Shown: positions 22,924 through 36,200 of the stretch, piece after piece | Numbering within the stretch: position 1 is the stretch's first letter | How the letters are laid out: each line of letters opens with the position of its first letter | Assembly (NCBI RefSeq): GCF_004010195.1 | Contig: NC_057718.1 | Location: forward strand, 86,372,318-86,422,898 | Source: Chiloscyllium plagiosum | Taxonomy: Eukaryota | Direction of reading: 5' to 3' | Length of the DNA stretch: 50,581 nucleotides | The notes under the pieces: generated by a model | Told to the model about the DNA's origin: nothing | The model's database searches: none | Seen by the model: the letters and a program-made list of their open reading frames with translations, nothing else | Made by a program: the position numbers and the translations under genes

Positions 22924-25920
22924 AGTCATAGAGCTGTACAGCATGGAAACAGATCCTTGCGTCCAACTCGCCCATACCAAACTGACATCCCAAGTTAATC
23001 TCGTCCCATTTATCAATATTTCGTCCTTATCCCTCTAAACCCTTCCTGACCGTATTTTGATGCCTCTAAAATGTTGTTATTGTACCCGCCTCCACCACTT
23101 CCTCTGGCAGCTCCTTTCTTACACACACCACCCGCTGCGTGAAAATGTTGCCTTTTCAGTCATTTTAAAGCTCAGCCCCTCACCTTAAACCTATAGTCTC
23201 TAGTTCTGGATTCCTCTACCCTGGGGAAAAGACCTAAAGCTCATCACCATATAAATGCCCTTTATGATTTTATAAACTTCTATAAGGTCATCCCTCAGCC
23301 TCCAATGCTGCAGGGAAATTAGCCCCAACTTGTTTAGCATTTCCCTGTAGCTCAAGTCCTCTCATTCTGGCAACATACCTGTAAATATCTCTTGAACCTT
23401 TTCAGATTTCATGTCAGCCTACCACAGCAGTGAGACCAGAACTGAATGCAATACTCCAATGTCCTGTACAGCCACAATATGACTTCCTCTCAATTCCTGC
23501 ACTCAGTGCACTGACCAATAAAACCAAGTTTACCAAACGCCTTCTTCACTAACCTGTCTACCTATGAAGCCACTTTCAAAGAATTATGAACTTGCAGTCC
23601 AAGAACTCTTTGCTCAGCAACAATCAGCACGACTTTATCATTAAGTGTATAAGTCCTGCCCTAATTTATCTTTCCATAATGCAACACTTCACATTTATCT
23701 AAGTTAAACTCCATCTGCAGCTCCTTGATCCATTAGCCCACCTGATTAAGGTCCCACTGTACTCTGAAGTAACCTCCTTGGCCCTCCACCACACCACCAA
23801 TTTTGACGTCACCAGCAAACTTACTAACCATTCCTGCTGCATTCATATTCAAATAATTTATAATAATGACAAAATGCAGTGGACCCAGCACTGATCCTTG
23901 TTGCATATCACTTGTCACAGGCATCCAGGCTGAAAAGCAAACCTCCACCACTCCCCTCTGTCTCCTACCTTCGAGCCAGTTCTTATCCAAATGGCTAGTT
24001 CTCCCTGTGTTCCATGTGATCTCACCTTGCTAATCAGTCTACCATGCAGCACCTTGACAAACGCCTTAGTGAAGTCCATACAGATCACATTCACTATTCT
24101 GCCTTCACCAATCCTCTTTGTCACTTCAAAAAACTCAATCAATTTAATCAGACATGACTTCCCACGCACAAAGCTAAGTTGAATATCAGGAATCAGTCCT
24201 TGCCTTTGCAAAACCCAGCCCTCAGAATCTCCTGCAACAATTTGCTCACCACTGATGTCAGGTTCACTGGTCTATAATTCCCTGGCTTTTCCATACCACC
24301 TTTCTTAAAGATTGGCATCATACTTGCCAACCTCCAGCCTTCCAGCACCTCACCTGTGGCTATCAGTGGTACAAATATTTCAGCAAGAGGCCAGCAATCA
24401 CTTCCCTAGCTTCCCAGAGTTCGAGGGCACACCTGATTAGAACTTGGAGATTTATCCACCTTTTTGCATTTTAAGTTGTCCAGCATCTCCTCTTCCATTA
24501 TTGTGGACAATTCTGAACGCTTGTTATCTCATTTTTGAAGGCTTCCCGTTTTCCAGCTGTCCCTTTACCTGCAAATACCCCCCTCACCCCACCCCCACCC
24601 CCATGAATGTTTGCAAGTTTTTTTGCCTAATATCATGAAAATTGGTCTTTCTCCAATTTAGAACTTTAACTTTTAGATCCGATCTATCCTTTTCCATCAC
24701 TCGTTTAAAATTCATAGAATTATGATCACTGGCCTCAAGGTGCTCCACTCACTGACACCTCAGTCACCTGCCCTGTCTTATTTCCCAAGAGAAGGTCGAG
24801 TTTTGCTCCTTCTCTAGTAGGTACATCCACATATTGAATCAAGAAATTTTCTTGTATGCACTTAACAAAGTCCATTCCATCCAAACCTTTAACACTAAGG
24901 CAGTCCAGGTCTATGTTTGGAAAGTTCAAATTCCCAACCATTACTACGGTATTATTCCTACAGATTACTGAGAGTTCTTTTCAAATGTGTTTCTCAATTT
25001 CCCCGCTGACTGTTGGGGGGTCTATAATACAATCCCAATAAGGTGGTCATCCCTTTCTTATTTCTCAGTTCCACCCAAATAACTTCCCTGGATGTACTCT
25101 CCAGAATATCCTTCCTAAGTATAACCATACTGTTATTCCTGATGAAAAACCCCACTACCCCTCCTCTCTTGCCCCCTTTGTAACCTTCATATAACACCTA
25201 TACCCTGGGACATTTAGCTGTCATTTCTGTCCATTCCTGAGTCACACCTCTGTATTTGCTATGATACCCCAATCCCAAGTTCCCAACCATGCCCTGAGTT
25301 CATCTGCCTTACTTGTTAGGCCTCTTGCATTCAAACAAATGCTGTTTAGTTTATCAGTCCTATCTCATTTTCTGCTTTGTTCTTGCCTGCCTTGATTGTT
25401 TGGCTGGCTCCTTTTCCCAATTGAACCAGTCTCAGACCAATCTCCTTTCTCACCACCTCTGTGACTAATTTAAATCCTCCCGAGTCGCTCCAGAAAATCT
25501 CCCCACCAGTATATTATTCCCCTTCCAATTCAGGTGCAACCTGTCCCTCTTGTGCAAGTCACTCCTACCCGAGAAGAGATTCCAAGATCCAAAAATGTGA
25601 ATCCTTCTCCCCTTCATGAGCTCCACAGCCACACATTCATCTGCTCTATCTATTCCTACTCTCACTAGCATGTGACACCTTGAGGACCTACTTTTTAACC
25701 TCCTTCCTAATTTCTTGTATTCCCCCCTCAGAACCTTTTCTCTTCTTATGTTGTTTGTTCCAATATGTACAATGGCCTCCTGCTGTTTCTTCTCCACTGT
25801 ACGACAATTCTGCACCCTCTCCAAGACATCCTTGACCCTGACACCAGATAGGAAACACACCATTCTGATGTCTCATTCATGGCTTCAGAAATCTCTGTCT
25901 CTGCCTCTGACAAGACAGTC
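22924..25920 (-). mobile_element. Long CR1 LINE with ORF1 SGNH-esterase, APE endonuclease and RT remnants (internally deleted)
   Basis: CFLSGVRVKDV...IVHIGTNNI...DRLHLNWKG (esterase); VELRNKKG..LLGLYYRPPNS and VGNLNFPNID (APE); MDFTKAFVKV, QGSVLGPL and SKFAGDVK (RT). Confidence 0.9.
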
Positions 25921-26644
25921 ACTTAAAGTTTCTCAATATTTCTGTCGTGTCTTCCCTTTGGTGCGACACAAAGTCAGACAGTTTGTTGTAGTTTCCAGCC
26001 ATCATCAGTCAAGGGAGTGGACATGTAGCTGTACAGCACCGCACTACATCGATCTTACACCTGCACCATGTGACAACAGTGTCCAGTTTGTGTGAATGAT
26101 GTCATCCAAAGTGGAATAAAATGAATGGAACAAGATTGGTTTCATTGACAGTCACACATCACACCCTGTGACACACATAGACACATCCTTCGCAAGTCTT
26201 CTGCAGTGACATTTCTTCTCTCTTTAGAGAGCTAATAGACCCTATCTACTTTGCTTGACCTCACGCTTTCTGTCATACATTAACATGAGTCTTTTGGTTA
26301 AGGACAACAGACCATCTTTTTGGCAAATTCCAGATTTGGCTTTCCTCTACTTAATTATGCTCCTTTTTGAAACCAACACATCCCAGAATATGTTTACAGA
26401 ATAACCTCATCTTCAATAATTATCTCCATAGCAACCTCAGGACTGTCTTGCTTCTGGAAGCCTCTCAATTGGGTCAAAAGTTTAAACATTCTTTATCAGC
26501 TCGCACAGGCACCAAGGAACTAACTCAAAGCTAACAACCTCTAATCTACCTTAAACTGAACCAAATCTCCACATTTTTATGCTTTAATATAACCCACAAT
26601 AGAGTCAGCTCTAACAATGTGTGGCTTTATAAATATACAAATAT

Positions 26645-26825
26645 TGAGTTTTGAGAAGATTTGTAGCTCAGGTTGAGGTTCTGGATGTACGTTTGCTCGC
26701 TGAGCTGGAAGGTTCACTTTCAGACATTTCGTCACCATACTAGGTAAATATCTTCAGTATCTAGGCTTCGCCCGGTGAAGAAACATCTGAAATGAATTTT
26801 CCAGCTCAGCGAGTAAACCTACATT
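26645..26825. mobile_element. 181-bp hairpin element with internal inverted repeats, a hammerhead motif and a 12-bp TSD
   Basis: Arms about 26685-26736 and 26774-26824 are imperfect reverse complements; ATATACAAATAT at 26633-26644 and 26826-26837; minus CTGAAGA-tatttacc-tagtat-ggtgac-GAAA-TGTC at 26757-26723. Confidence 0.75.
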
Positions 26826-27364
26826 ATATACAAATATATAAACACTGTTTTACACACAACAAATATTGTCTTCACCAACATCATATGAACTGGTACTCTC
26901 GATAAACCAGCAACAACTCCCCTTTCATTGTACAAGAATTTATTTAAAATGCCCCCACTCCAACCCTGAACTGACCTAATCCCCTCTCACCTCTGGTCCA
27001 GACCCAACCCCTTCTACTTGTCCTGACACACCCAAACACCATTCCTCCCAACATCCACCCAACCACTCTCTGAGAGCTGAAACACCCGCCCCATTCCCCC
27101 ACCCCCACAGCAACATTCTCCTTGTGATTGCCCCTCCTGGAAAAATCCAGCCCAGTAAGATCTGTTATCTGAAGGCAGCACCAATCACATGTCCACACCA
27201 TCAATGATTCCATTGTCCACACAGGATTTGAAGTAAGAAACCATTGCTGTATTGGTGGGGAGAGGGAGAAGCTCCTGAATTGGAGTTTTGGTGAATAGCC
27301 AGTCAATAAAGCGTGTGCATTCACAAGTGGTTTTGTATTTTAAAACTTTTTTCAAGGACTTAAT

Positions 27365-27675
27365 TCATAGAATCGTGGAATCTCCATGATGCAGAAGACA
27401 TTCAACCTTTTGAAGACCACCCCTCCAGTGTATCCCTGTAACCCTGTATTTCCCATGGCTAACCCACTTAATCTGGACATCCTTAAACACAATGGACAAT
27501 TTAACGTGGCCAATCCACCTAACCTGCACAGCTTTGGACTGTGGGAGGAAACCAGAGCACCCAGAGGAAACCCACGCAGACCCAGGGAGAATGAGGACAG
27601 ACAGTTGGAATTGAAGCTGGGTCCCTGGTGCTGTGAGGAAGCAGCGCTAACCACGGAGTCACCATGCTGTCCCAT
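27365..27675 (-). mobile_element. HE1/V-SINE
   Basis: Reverse complement has a tRNA-like head and the V-domain GTCTGCGTGGGTTTCCTCTGGGTGCTCTGGTTTCCTCCCACAGTCCAAAG. Confidence 0.85.
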
Positions 27676-27764
27676 TGTCTCTGCAAATGGCACAAAACAC
27701 AGGCTGTTGGCAGCCATCTTTGTGGCACAACGTTCACTTTTTATCATCAATTTCAAAATGGTTA

Positions 27765-29590
27765 TGTTACATGGATCTTGAAAGTTAAGAATATCAATCT
27801 CCTTTCTGGACAGGATCCAGGTAAATTAATATTGACAAAATATGTTATGGTGACACTCTACAGTAAACATTGTTTAAAGAAGTTAAAGTTGAAAGGCTTA
27901 GGAGAAAGGAATGTATTTTGAGTTTTGTGGATGTGACTGAAGTGCTTTCTTTGTGAGACGCCATCAAACATTCACTGTGGATATTGGAAACTTCATTCAA
28001 CAAGGCTGCTTGAAATCACTCGGCTGGTAAAAACGGCTTACTCCACCATCGATCCTGCTTGATGAGGCTCTTGTTTTATCTGGTTCAGTTGGAGGAAAGC
28101 CGGCCAAGAACAAGCAGAGTTGGAGGAAAGCATATTATGAACAAGCTGCCCAGCTGTTGTTTTGTGAAAAGAAATCCCTTTGTATCGGCTCAGGATGAAA
28201 CCTATTCATTCTTTTGAAATTGTGATTGAAAAGGCATCTCAAGATAATATTTCCTGAATGAACAGGATCTGGACCAGATGGGCCAATGGGCTGAGAAGTG
28301 GCAGATGGAGTTTAATTCAGATAAATGCCAGTGCTGCATTTTGGGAAAGCAAATCTTAGCAGGATTTATACACTTAATGGTAACGTCCTAGGGAGTGTTG
28401 CTAAACAAAGAAACCTTGGAGTGCAGGTTCATAGCTCCATGAAATTTGACTCTCAGGTAGATAGGATAGTGAAGAAGGTGATTGGTATGCTTTCCTTTAT
28501 TGGTCAGAGTATTGAGTGCAGGAGTTGGGAGGTCATGTTGTGGCTGTACAAGACATTAGTTAGGCCACTGTTGGAATGTTGCATGCAATCCTGGTCTCCT
28601 TCCTATCGGAAAGATGTTGTGAAACTTAAAAGGGTTCAGAAAAGATTGACAATGTTGTTGCCAGGGTTGGAGGATTTGAGCTATAGGGAGAGGCTGAACA
28701 GGCTGGGGCTGTTTACCCTGGAGCATTGGAAGCTGAGAGGTGACGTTATAGAGGTTTACCAAATTATGAGGGGCATGGATAGGATAAGTAGACAAAGTCT
28801 TTTCCCTGGGTGTGGTAGTCCAGAGCTAGAGAGCATAAGTTTAGGGTGAGAGGGGAAAGATATAAAAGAGACCTACGGGGCAACGTTTTCACACAGAGGA
28901 TGGTACATGTATGGAATGAGCTGCCAGAGGAAGTGGTGGAGGCTGGTACAATTACAACATTTAAAAGGCATTTGGACGAGTATATGAATAGGAAAGGTTT
29001 GGAGGGGTATGGGCCGGGTGCTGGCAGGTGGGACTAGATTGGGTTTGGATATCTGGTCCGCATGGATGAGTTAGACTGAAGGATCTGTTTCCATGCTATA
29101 CATCTCTATGACTCTATGACTCTCTAACTGTATCTGCAAGGTGCAGAGAAAACCCATGGGTGAGGATTGACTTCACAACACATGACAGACTATCAGAGGA
29201 ACAGACTCTGGAATATGTTACACGTTATCCTTTTGCTTTCAAGAATAACCCATTGACAAAGTGTTTTCAGTTTTCTCTGCAGAGAAATCTTTATTCCCTC
29301 TTTTTCTGAAATGTGTGTGTATATTTGTATGCGTTTTGGGAAGTTAATTGGATGGATAAGCATTTATACTTCCACATTACTGGCTGTGTTTGATAGCCAA
29401 TTACTACAAGATAATTACATACATTCATTTTGATAACAAAACCATAATTGTGTTTATTATGAAACTGGGTTGATAGATCTTTTTATTCAAACCTGTGTCT
29501 GGTCAGTCATCTTGGTAATTGGAGAAAATCTTTTTGTTTGATGTTGTGACCCATCGAATGAAGGTCCTCCTTCAGCCTCAGTTGTAAGTG
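27765..29590 (+). mobile_element. Probable solo LTR upstream of C, interrupted by a CR1
   Basis: Starts TGTTAC, collinear with 41511-43521, ends near CCTTCAGCCTCAGTTGTAA. Confidence 0.5.
28261..29123 (+). mobile_element. CR1 LINE 3' fragment
   Basis: ORFs 28325-28849 and 28846-29037 (LYKTLVRPLLECC, WNELPEEVVEAG); CTCTATGA tail. Confidence 0.92.
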
Positions 29591-29993
29591 TTAAACAATA
29601 TCTCGGCGACAGAAATTCAGTCTTTCTCTCCTGGAGAATTTGTGTCGTGAAGCTTCAGATTTGAGATTTGAGATAAGTAGAACAGAAAAGCTTTGTGTTT
29701 AGTGTCAATTGCTCTGAATATGGTCATCAATGGAGGGCAAAATTATTTCAAAGACCAACCAGGAACATCAATTTCATTCAATTTAACATTCCAGATTTAA
29801 TCAATTAATATATTCTCAAGGACAATGCAATTTCAAACTTTACTTTACTAAAGGTTGAATATTCTTTTTTCAGTTCATAAATACCCATGTATTCATAATA
29901 GGAATATTTTCTGAACACTATTCTTTATTTGGAATTATTTCATTTCAAACTGTGTAAATATATTGCCTAATTTCTGGCAACATTAATTGTCCA

Positions 29994-30073
29994 TTTTTGT
30001 TCAAAGAGCTTGAACTAAGTCTGCTCCCTCTGCAAATGAAGAGAATCACAGGGGGATTAATTGTTTTATATAA
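29994..30073 (+). promoter_or_regulatory. Putative promoter of C (motifs mutated: TTTTTGTT, AACTAAGT; TATATAA 30067)
   Basis: Collinear with the D promoter at 43885-43964. Confidence 0.55.
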
Positions 30074-30151
30074 GAAGCTGATACAAATGAAGAATGTCTG
30101 CTGCTTCAGGTCTGTCTCACTGATTGGTTGCATCTTCCAGTTCCTTCCAAA

Positions 30152-31441
30152 ATGGAGCTGATTGATCTATCAATAATTGAGCAGACAACTTTCATTTACT
30201 ATCATTTTTGTGGAACATTTGGAGTTCCTGATAAGAAACTGAAGCTGGGTATTTTGCATTTTGTCTAAAAATTCAAACTTTAATTTTGTTCTTGCTCTTG
30301 ATGCATCAATCAAACATAGAATGTGAAATGATCTCTCTTAATGCTGCATCAAGTTTAGGTCTTCCTTAATGTAGAACACTTCCTACTTTATGCAATGATG
30401 GCCTTCTTGCAGAAAACATCTTGGGATCGAGAAGATGACAGATTTCAGCACTGGTTTGTAAAAAAATGTCCCTTAGTTTAGAGGAACATGTGTTTGCAGC
30501 TCTTTTTCCCTTTGTGTTTTTCTTGTGTCATGTTTGGATCTGTTATGACTCATTTAGAGGTGCTGATTGTTGTGGTTAGTCAACACCGAAAATCATCTAT
30601 CTATCCTCTGGCTGCCAGGATTGTGGAATGAAACAACGTAGAGGATGTTTGCTCTTTGTCTCATTGTCATGGTGCCATATATTCTGGTTTGAGAGAAGAA
30701 CTTTTCTCTTCATGATCAGTACAGTATTATCAAACCAGCACAGACAGTGTGAGCTTGTCACATTGGGAAATTAATAAGAAAGAAGTGTGAGGAAAAGGAT
30801 AAATTATAATGGTGAGATGAAGTTAGATGAAGGAAGTGTATATGAAGCATGAATAGTAACATAAAACTATTGGAATGAATGGTGTCATTTTTACTGCAAT
30901 TTCCAAATTAGACTTTGCATTTCATTTGGAGATTTGACTCATTTCTTTGTAGCTAACTTCCTGACAATTGTCCTTCTGGTCCAAGGAAGCTGTGGTCTAT
31001 GCAAAGGTGGGCATGACAACAGTGGACTTGCTGGTCCTTATTTTCAATGTAATAATTTATTACATACTTTATTACTATTTCCCATTTTCACTTTACTTGG
31101 TGGGCATGACAACAGTGGACTTGCTGGTCCTTATTTTCAATGTAATAATTTATTACATACTTTATTACTATTTCCCATTTTCACTTTTACACTACACTTC
31201 CATAGTGAGCATCAATGAGGTGATCAACTATGTGCTTGTTGACTGCTCTGTTTGGCTGACAGTCGCTTTCACTGTCGATCGCTTTGTCCTCATTTGTTGT
31301 CAAAAGCTCAGAGAGAGGTATTGCAGGGAGCAGACTGCAGCTGTGATTATAACAACCCTGTGTGTTGTATCATGCATCAAAAATATTCCGCTGTACTTTG
31401 CTTTTGAACCTGGCTATATAATTGACAATGTAGAATGGACT
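30152..31441 (+). pseudogene. Receptor C: GPR139-like GPCR pseudogene (exon 1 30152-30230, exon 2 from 30953, cut by Penelope at 31442)
   Basis: Close paralog of D; donor GT changed to AT at 30231; about 17-nt frameshifting deletion near 31006; 93-bp tandem duplication; homology stops at ...IIDNVEWT. Confidence 0.9.
31006..31191 (+). repeat. 93-bp tandem duplication inside C exon 2
   Basis: GGTGGGCATGACAACAGTGG... starts at both 31006 and 31099. Confidence 0.95.
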
Positions 31442-32351
31442 CTGAAAATATGTTGCTGGAAAAGCGCAGCAGGTCAGGCAGCATCCAAGGAGCAGGAGAA
31501 TCGACATTTCAGGCATGAGCCCTTCCACAGGAATGAGGAAAGTGTGCCAAGCAGGCTAAAATAAAAGGTAGGGAGGAGGGACTTGGGGGAGGGGTGTTGG
31601 AAATGCGATAGGTGGAAGGAGGTTAAGGTGAGGATGATAAGCAGGNNNNNNNNNNNNNNNNNNNNNNNNNNNNNNNNNNNNNNNNNNNNNNNNNNNNNNN
31701 NNNNNNNNNNNNNNNNNNNNNNNNNNNNNNNNNNNNNNNNNNNNNNNNNNNNNNNNNNNNNNNNNNNNNNNNNNNNNNNNNNNNNNNNNNNNNNNNNNNN
31801 NNNNNNNNNNNNNNNNNNNNNNNNNNNNNNNNNNNNNNNNNNNNNNNNNNNNNNNNNNNNNNNNNNNNNNNNNNNNNNNNNNNNNNNNNNNNNNNNNNNN
31901 NNNNNNNNNNNNNNNGGAGGGGAGGGAAATATATCCCTGGTGGTGGGGTCTGTTTGGAGGTGGCGGAAATGACGACGGATGATACGATGTATATGGAGGT
32001 TGGTGGGGTGGTAGGTGAGGACTAGTGGGGTTCTGTCCTGGGGCTCAAGGGCAGAGGAGCGGGAAGTGGAGGAGATGCAGTGGAGAGCATCATCGACCAC
32101 GTCTGGGGGGAACTTGCGGTCTTTGAAGAAAGAGCCCATCTGGGTTGTTCGGTATTGGAACTGGTCCTCCTGGGAGCAGATGCGGCAGAGACTAAGGAAT
32201 TGGGAATATTGGATGGCGTTTTTACAGGGGGCAGGGTGGGAGGAGGTGTAGTCTAGGTAGCTGTGGGAGTCAGTCGGTTTATAGTAAATGTCTGTGTTGA
32301 TTCAGACGCCCGAGTTAGAAATGGAGAGGTCTAGGAAGGGGAGGGAGGAGT
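31442..32351 (-). mobile_element. Penelope-like element inserted in C (N gap 31646-31915 inside, 32352-32851 adjacent)
   Basis: Terminus CTGAAAATATGTTGCTGGAAAAGCGCAGC as at 15527; ORF GSFFKDRKFPPDVV...PLVLTYHPTNLHIHRIIRRHFRHLQTDP. Confidence 0.88.
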
Positions 32352-33254
32352 NNNNNNNNNNNNNNNNNNNNNNNNNNNNNNNNNNNNNNNNNNNNNNNNN
32401 NNNNNNNNNNNNNNNNNNNNNNNNNNNNNNNNNNNNNNNNNNNNNNNNNNNNNNNNNNNNNNNNNNNNNNNNNNNNNNNNNNNNNNNNNNNNNNNNNNNN
32501 NNNNNNNNNNNNNNNNNNNNNNNNNNNNNNNNNNNNNNNNNNNNNNNNNNNNNNNNNNNNNNNNNNNNNNNNNNNNNNNNNNNNNNNNNNNNNNNNNNNN
32601 NNNNNNNNNNNNNNNNNNNNNNNNNNNNNNNNNNNNNNNNNNNNNNNNNNNNNNNNNNNNNNNNNNNNNNNNNNNNNNNNNNNNNNNNNNNNNNNNNNNN
32701 NNNNNNNNNNNNNNNNNNNNNNNNNNNNNNNNNNNNNNNNNNNNNNNNNNNNNNNNNNNNNNNNNNNNNNNNNNNNNNNNNNNNNNNNNNNNNNNNNNNN
32801 NNNNNNNNNNNNNNNNNNNNNNNNNNNNNNNNNNNNNNNNNNNNNNNNNNNTGAGCAGGAAACCACTGCTCATTGTGTGGATCACTAATGTCCTCTTGGA
32901 AAGGGAATCTGCTGTCCTTACCTGGTCTGGTCTACATCTGTCTCCAGAACCACAGCAATATGATAGATTCCATCAGACCATTAGATACAGGAGCAGATGT
33001 GGTCCATTCAGTCCATCAACTCAACTTCACCATTCAATGAGATCATTGCTTCTCTGATAAGCCCCAACTCCACTTTCCTACCCTTTGTCCATAACCGCTG
33101 ATTCCCTGACGGATTAAAAATCTCTCGGTCTCAGCCTGGAACGTACTTCATGGCCCAGATTCAACACTCCGCCACAAGAAAGGATTCTTCAGATTCACTC
33201 GCCTCTTCAAAAATAAATTACTCTCCTTCTCTGTCTTAAATGGTCAACCCCTTT

Positions 33255-36200
33255 GTAATGCGTCAGCAACACCAACTGGAAAAGAACAACTTTTATTGTT
33301 CAACACCAAATTAGAGCCACTATTTGTGGTGTATATAGGCTAGTCCCAGCCTGGGACAGACAGACATCCCTGGGTCTGATTTTGATTTTATATCCAGGAA
33401 TGATATCACACACAATTGGATGTTTTCTCTCCACCACGATGTGAAGGGTTTTTTTTTCCATCTATTACTCAACTGAGCCTGCTTTATATATATTTTATGA
33501 TAAGAGTCTGTTTTTTTTTTCCTCATTAACCCCTGTTTAGAGATGTTATTCCGCACCTGAGGAGCAAGTGAATTTTGAACCCAGGCTGCCTGGCTCAGAG
33601 GTAGGGACACTATCAATAGCCCACAGAGCCCTGAATCCTACCAGAAGCTGTGACTGGATTTGAACACCTGCCTCTAAAGAATGAGCCTGGGTAACCAAGC
33701 CAATGGCATTATCCCGAGGCCACCACTTCCCTTCATTGCTTTATAATGGGCTCGGGTGATGATTTCTAGCGCGAGGCCATTGCCTGTTACCAAGAGAATT
33801 CATTCTCTACAAGCTCTACAGGGAGATTAATTCTTGTTTCCCATGTGCCTTAAAGACATTCTCACATACCTCCACCTCCAAGTCTGAGATTTCCCCCCTT
33901 GGTCCTGTGACGACGGGGCATCCTGTGTTGTTTTGCTCATGACCCCATTCCTGTTGCTTTCCAGGTTTGATCGAGAGGTGTATAATGAACAAGCTCCAGG
34001 TGGAGGTGGGTGTGGCCCATTTTCAATTGAGAAAATATGTGACTCCAAGCCAGACTTTCATACAAGTCTCTGATACATGGCATTGGGTATCTGACTAAGC
34101 AGGAATCTCCGTTGATTGTCAACTCGTAATCGCCTCAGAGTCGACATGTTTTACAACTCGGATTACTGGCTTGGGCCCATTCAAAACACTGGGCATATGA
34201 TACCCAGTTCCTCTCGACGTTCTGGTTCAGCCTCCACTCTGCCTCATGAGGGACCGACCACGCCTTGAAGTAATTAGGTTGGGCTTCTGCGTCTAGATAG
34301 ATCTTGACCCATGAACCTTTTATCTTCTCTTGGAATATTTTGGGATACCTCCCAATAACTCGATATAGATCACTGGTAGCCATCTCAAAGTTCTGTTGCC
34401 AGTGCAGGCAGATTTTATGTAACCAGTTCCTTCCCAAACGATTGAGACCTCGCCCTTGTACTACCAGTGAGGGGAGTCTAACTGTCTGTTGCATCCCTAT
34501 ATAACTGGGTTGCAGTGGTCCCAGTAATACATAAGGGATCCTTAGTATAGTAACCAATCTAGCCTTGTGTCTTTCAAGGTTAAAGGCAAGATGTCCCATT
34601 GAAGTTTCCTTTATTTATTCCCCAAAAATTGTTACATCAGTATCTGTATCTCCCTCCATGTCTAACGGCGTAGCCATTTATTTGACCTTTTTTAATTAAT
34701 TGGCACCATTTTGGGAGCGGTGATGTGATTTAGCGATATCAGTTCCTCATCCTTGGGCTGTTTTATTTACAAAACCCCATTTGGAGGTGACTTCACCCCT
34801 CAGCCTGGGCGGTACACGTTGTATTTCGGTAGCATTGTCTGGGGTGAACTCTGTGACTACAAGTGTGGCATAGCCTTTCCTGCTCCTCACTGTATTATGG
34901 AGAAACTTCCCACCCAGTTCTGGAACCTTGCAGCCTCCGCTTCCAAACCCCCTTCTTTGGAAACAAACAGGAGCCATGAGTATTACCCACTGGGGACTTT
35001 ACTCTGCAATACGGGCCTTTCCCAAGGTTGAGGACAGTACTGTCTATGGACCCCTGAACCACATGAGCTCCTTTTCCCACATTTTGGGGTAAAAGTCCAG
35101 TTCTATGGCTTTCCTGAGGTACAGATCTGGTTCAGTCAGTAGCTTCCTTTGGGTTGTAGCATTATTAATTCCACAAACTAAGTGACCCCTTATTATTTCC
35201 CAACGTGTGGCTCATACTCACAGAGTTCTGGAAATTTCCACAGTCTCATTTAGAATTCAGGAACTGGTTCCCCAGGAAGTCTATTTCCTGTGTTAAACCT
35301 GTAATGCGACAGTATAACAGATGGGTTGGGGTCAGAGTGGTCCACGACCATATCTATCAGTTCCTCAAAGGATTCTGACTCCGGGGCTGCTGAGGGTGGG
35401 GGGGGGGGGTGAAACACTTCATGATGCTGTTAGAAGGGACTCCACAAGCAGTCAGGAGAATGACGTTTTGTTGGTGATCTACCCCGTTTGCCTGAGATAA
35501 ATATCTCATTATTTCAGCATTCTGGGACAATCCTCCACATTTGAATCAGAATGTTCCAGATTCCCAAACAGCAGAATGTTTAACATTTCCCTGACACGGT
35601 CTCACTGGGTTTGTTGAAAGGCAAGGCTGTCTGAAACTTGCCTTTCCTCTCAATGCCAATACAATAACTCAGGAAGCCTGACTGGAAAGGAGCAATGTTT
35701 GTCTTCCCAAACCAATGAGACCTGCCCCTTCTGCCACCAGCAAGGGGAGTCTGACTGTCTGTTGAACCCCTCTCATGTAACTGCGGTTACAGTGATCCCA
35801 ATAATATAATGGCTCCTCAATGCAGTGATCAATGCAGCTCTGTGTCTCATAGGCTTAAAGACAAGATGTCTGATTGCTGTTTCCTAAAGGTTTACTCCCC
35901 AAGAGATAGAGTAGTCCAGTGACGAACTCCATGTCTAAGGGCCTGGCCATTTACTTGGCATTTTATTTCAATTGGGGTGATGTTGGGAGCAGTGATGTGA
36001 TTCAGCTGTATCAGTTCCTCATCCTTGGGTGATTTATTTACAAAACCCCGTCTTGAGGTGACTCCGCATCTCTGGCCTGGGCGGTGTGTGCTATATGTTT
36101 TGGGTAGCATTGTCTGGGGTGAACTCTGTGACTACAAGTGTGGCATAGCCTTTCCTGCTCCTCACTGTATTATGGAGAAAATTCCCACCCAGTTCTGGAA

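Noticed and set aside
31474..32885. Long ORFs containing X runs (also 18384-19092)
   Set aside because: They stay open only because they cross assembly N gaps; the real parts are Penelope sequence.
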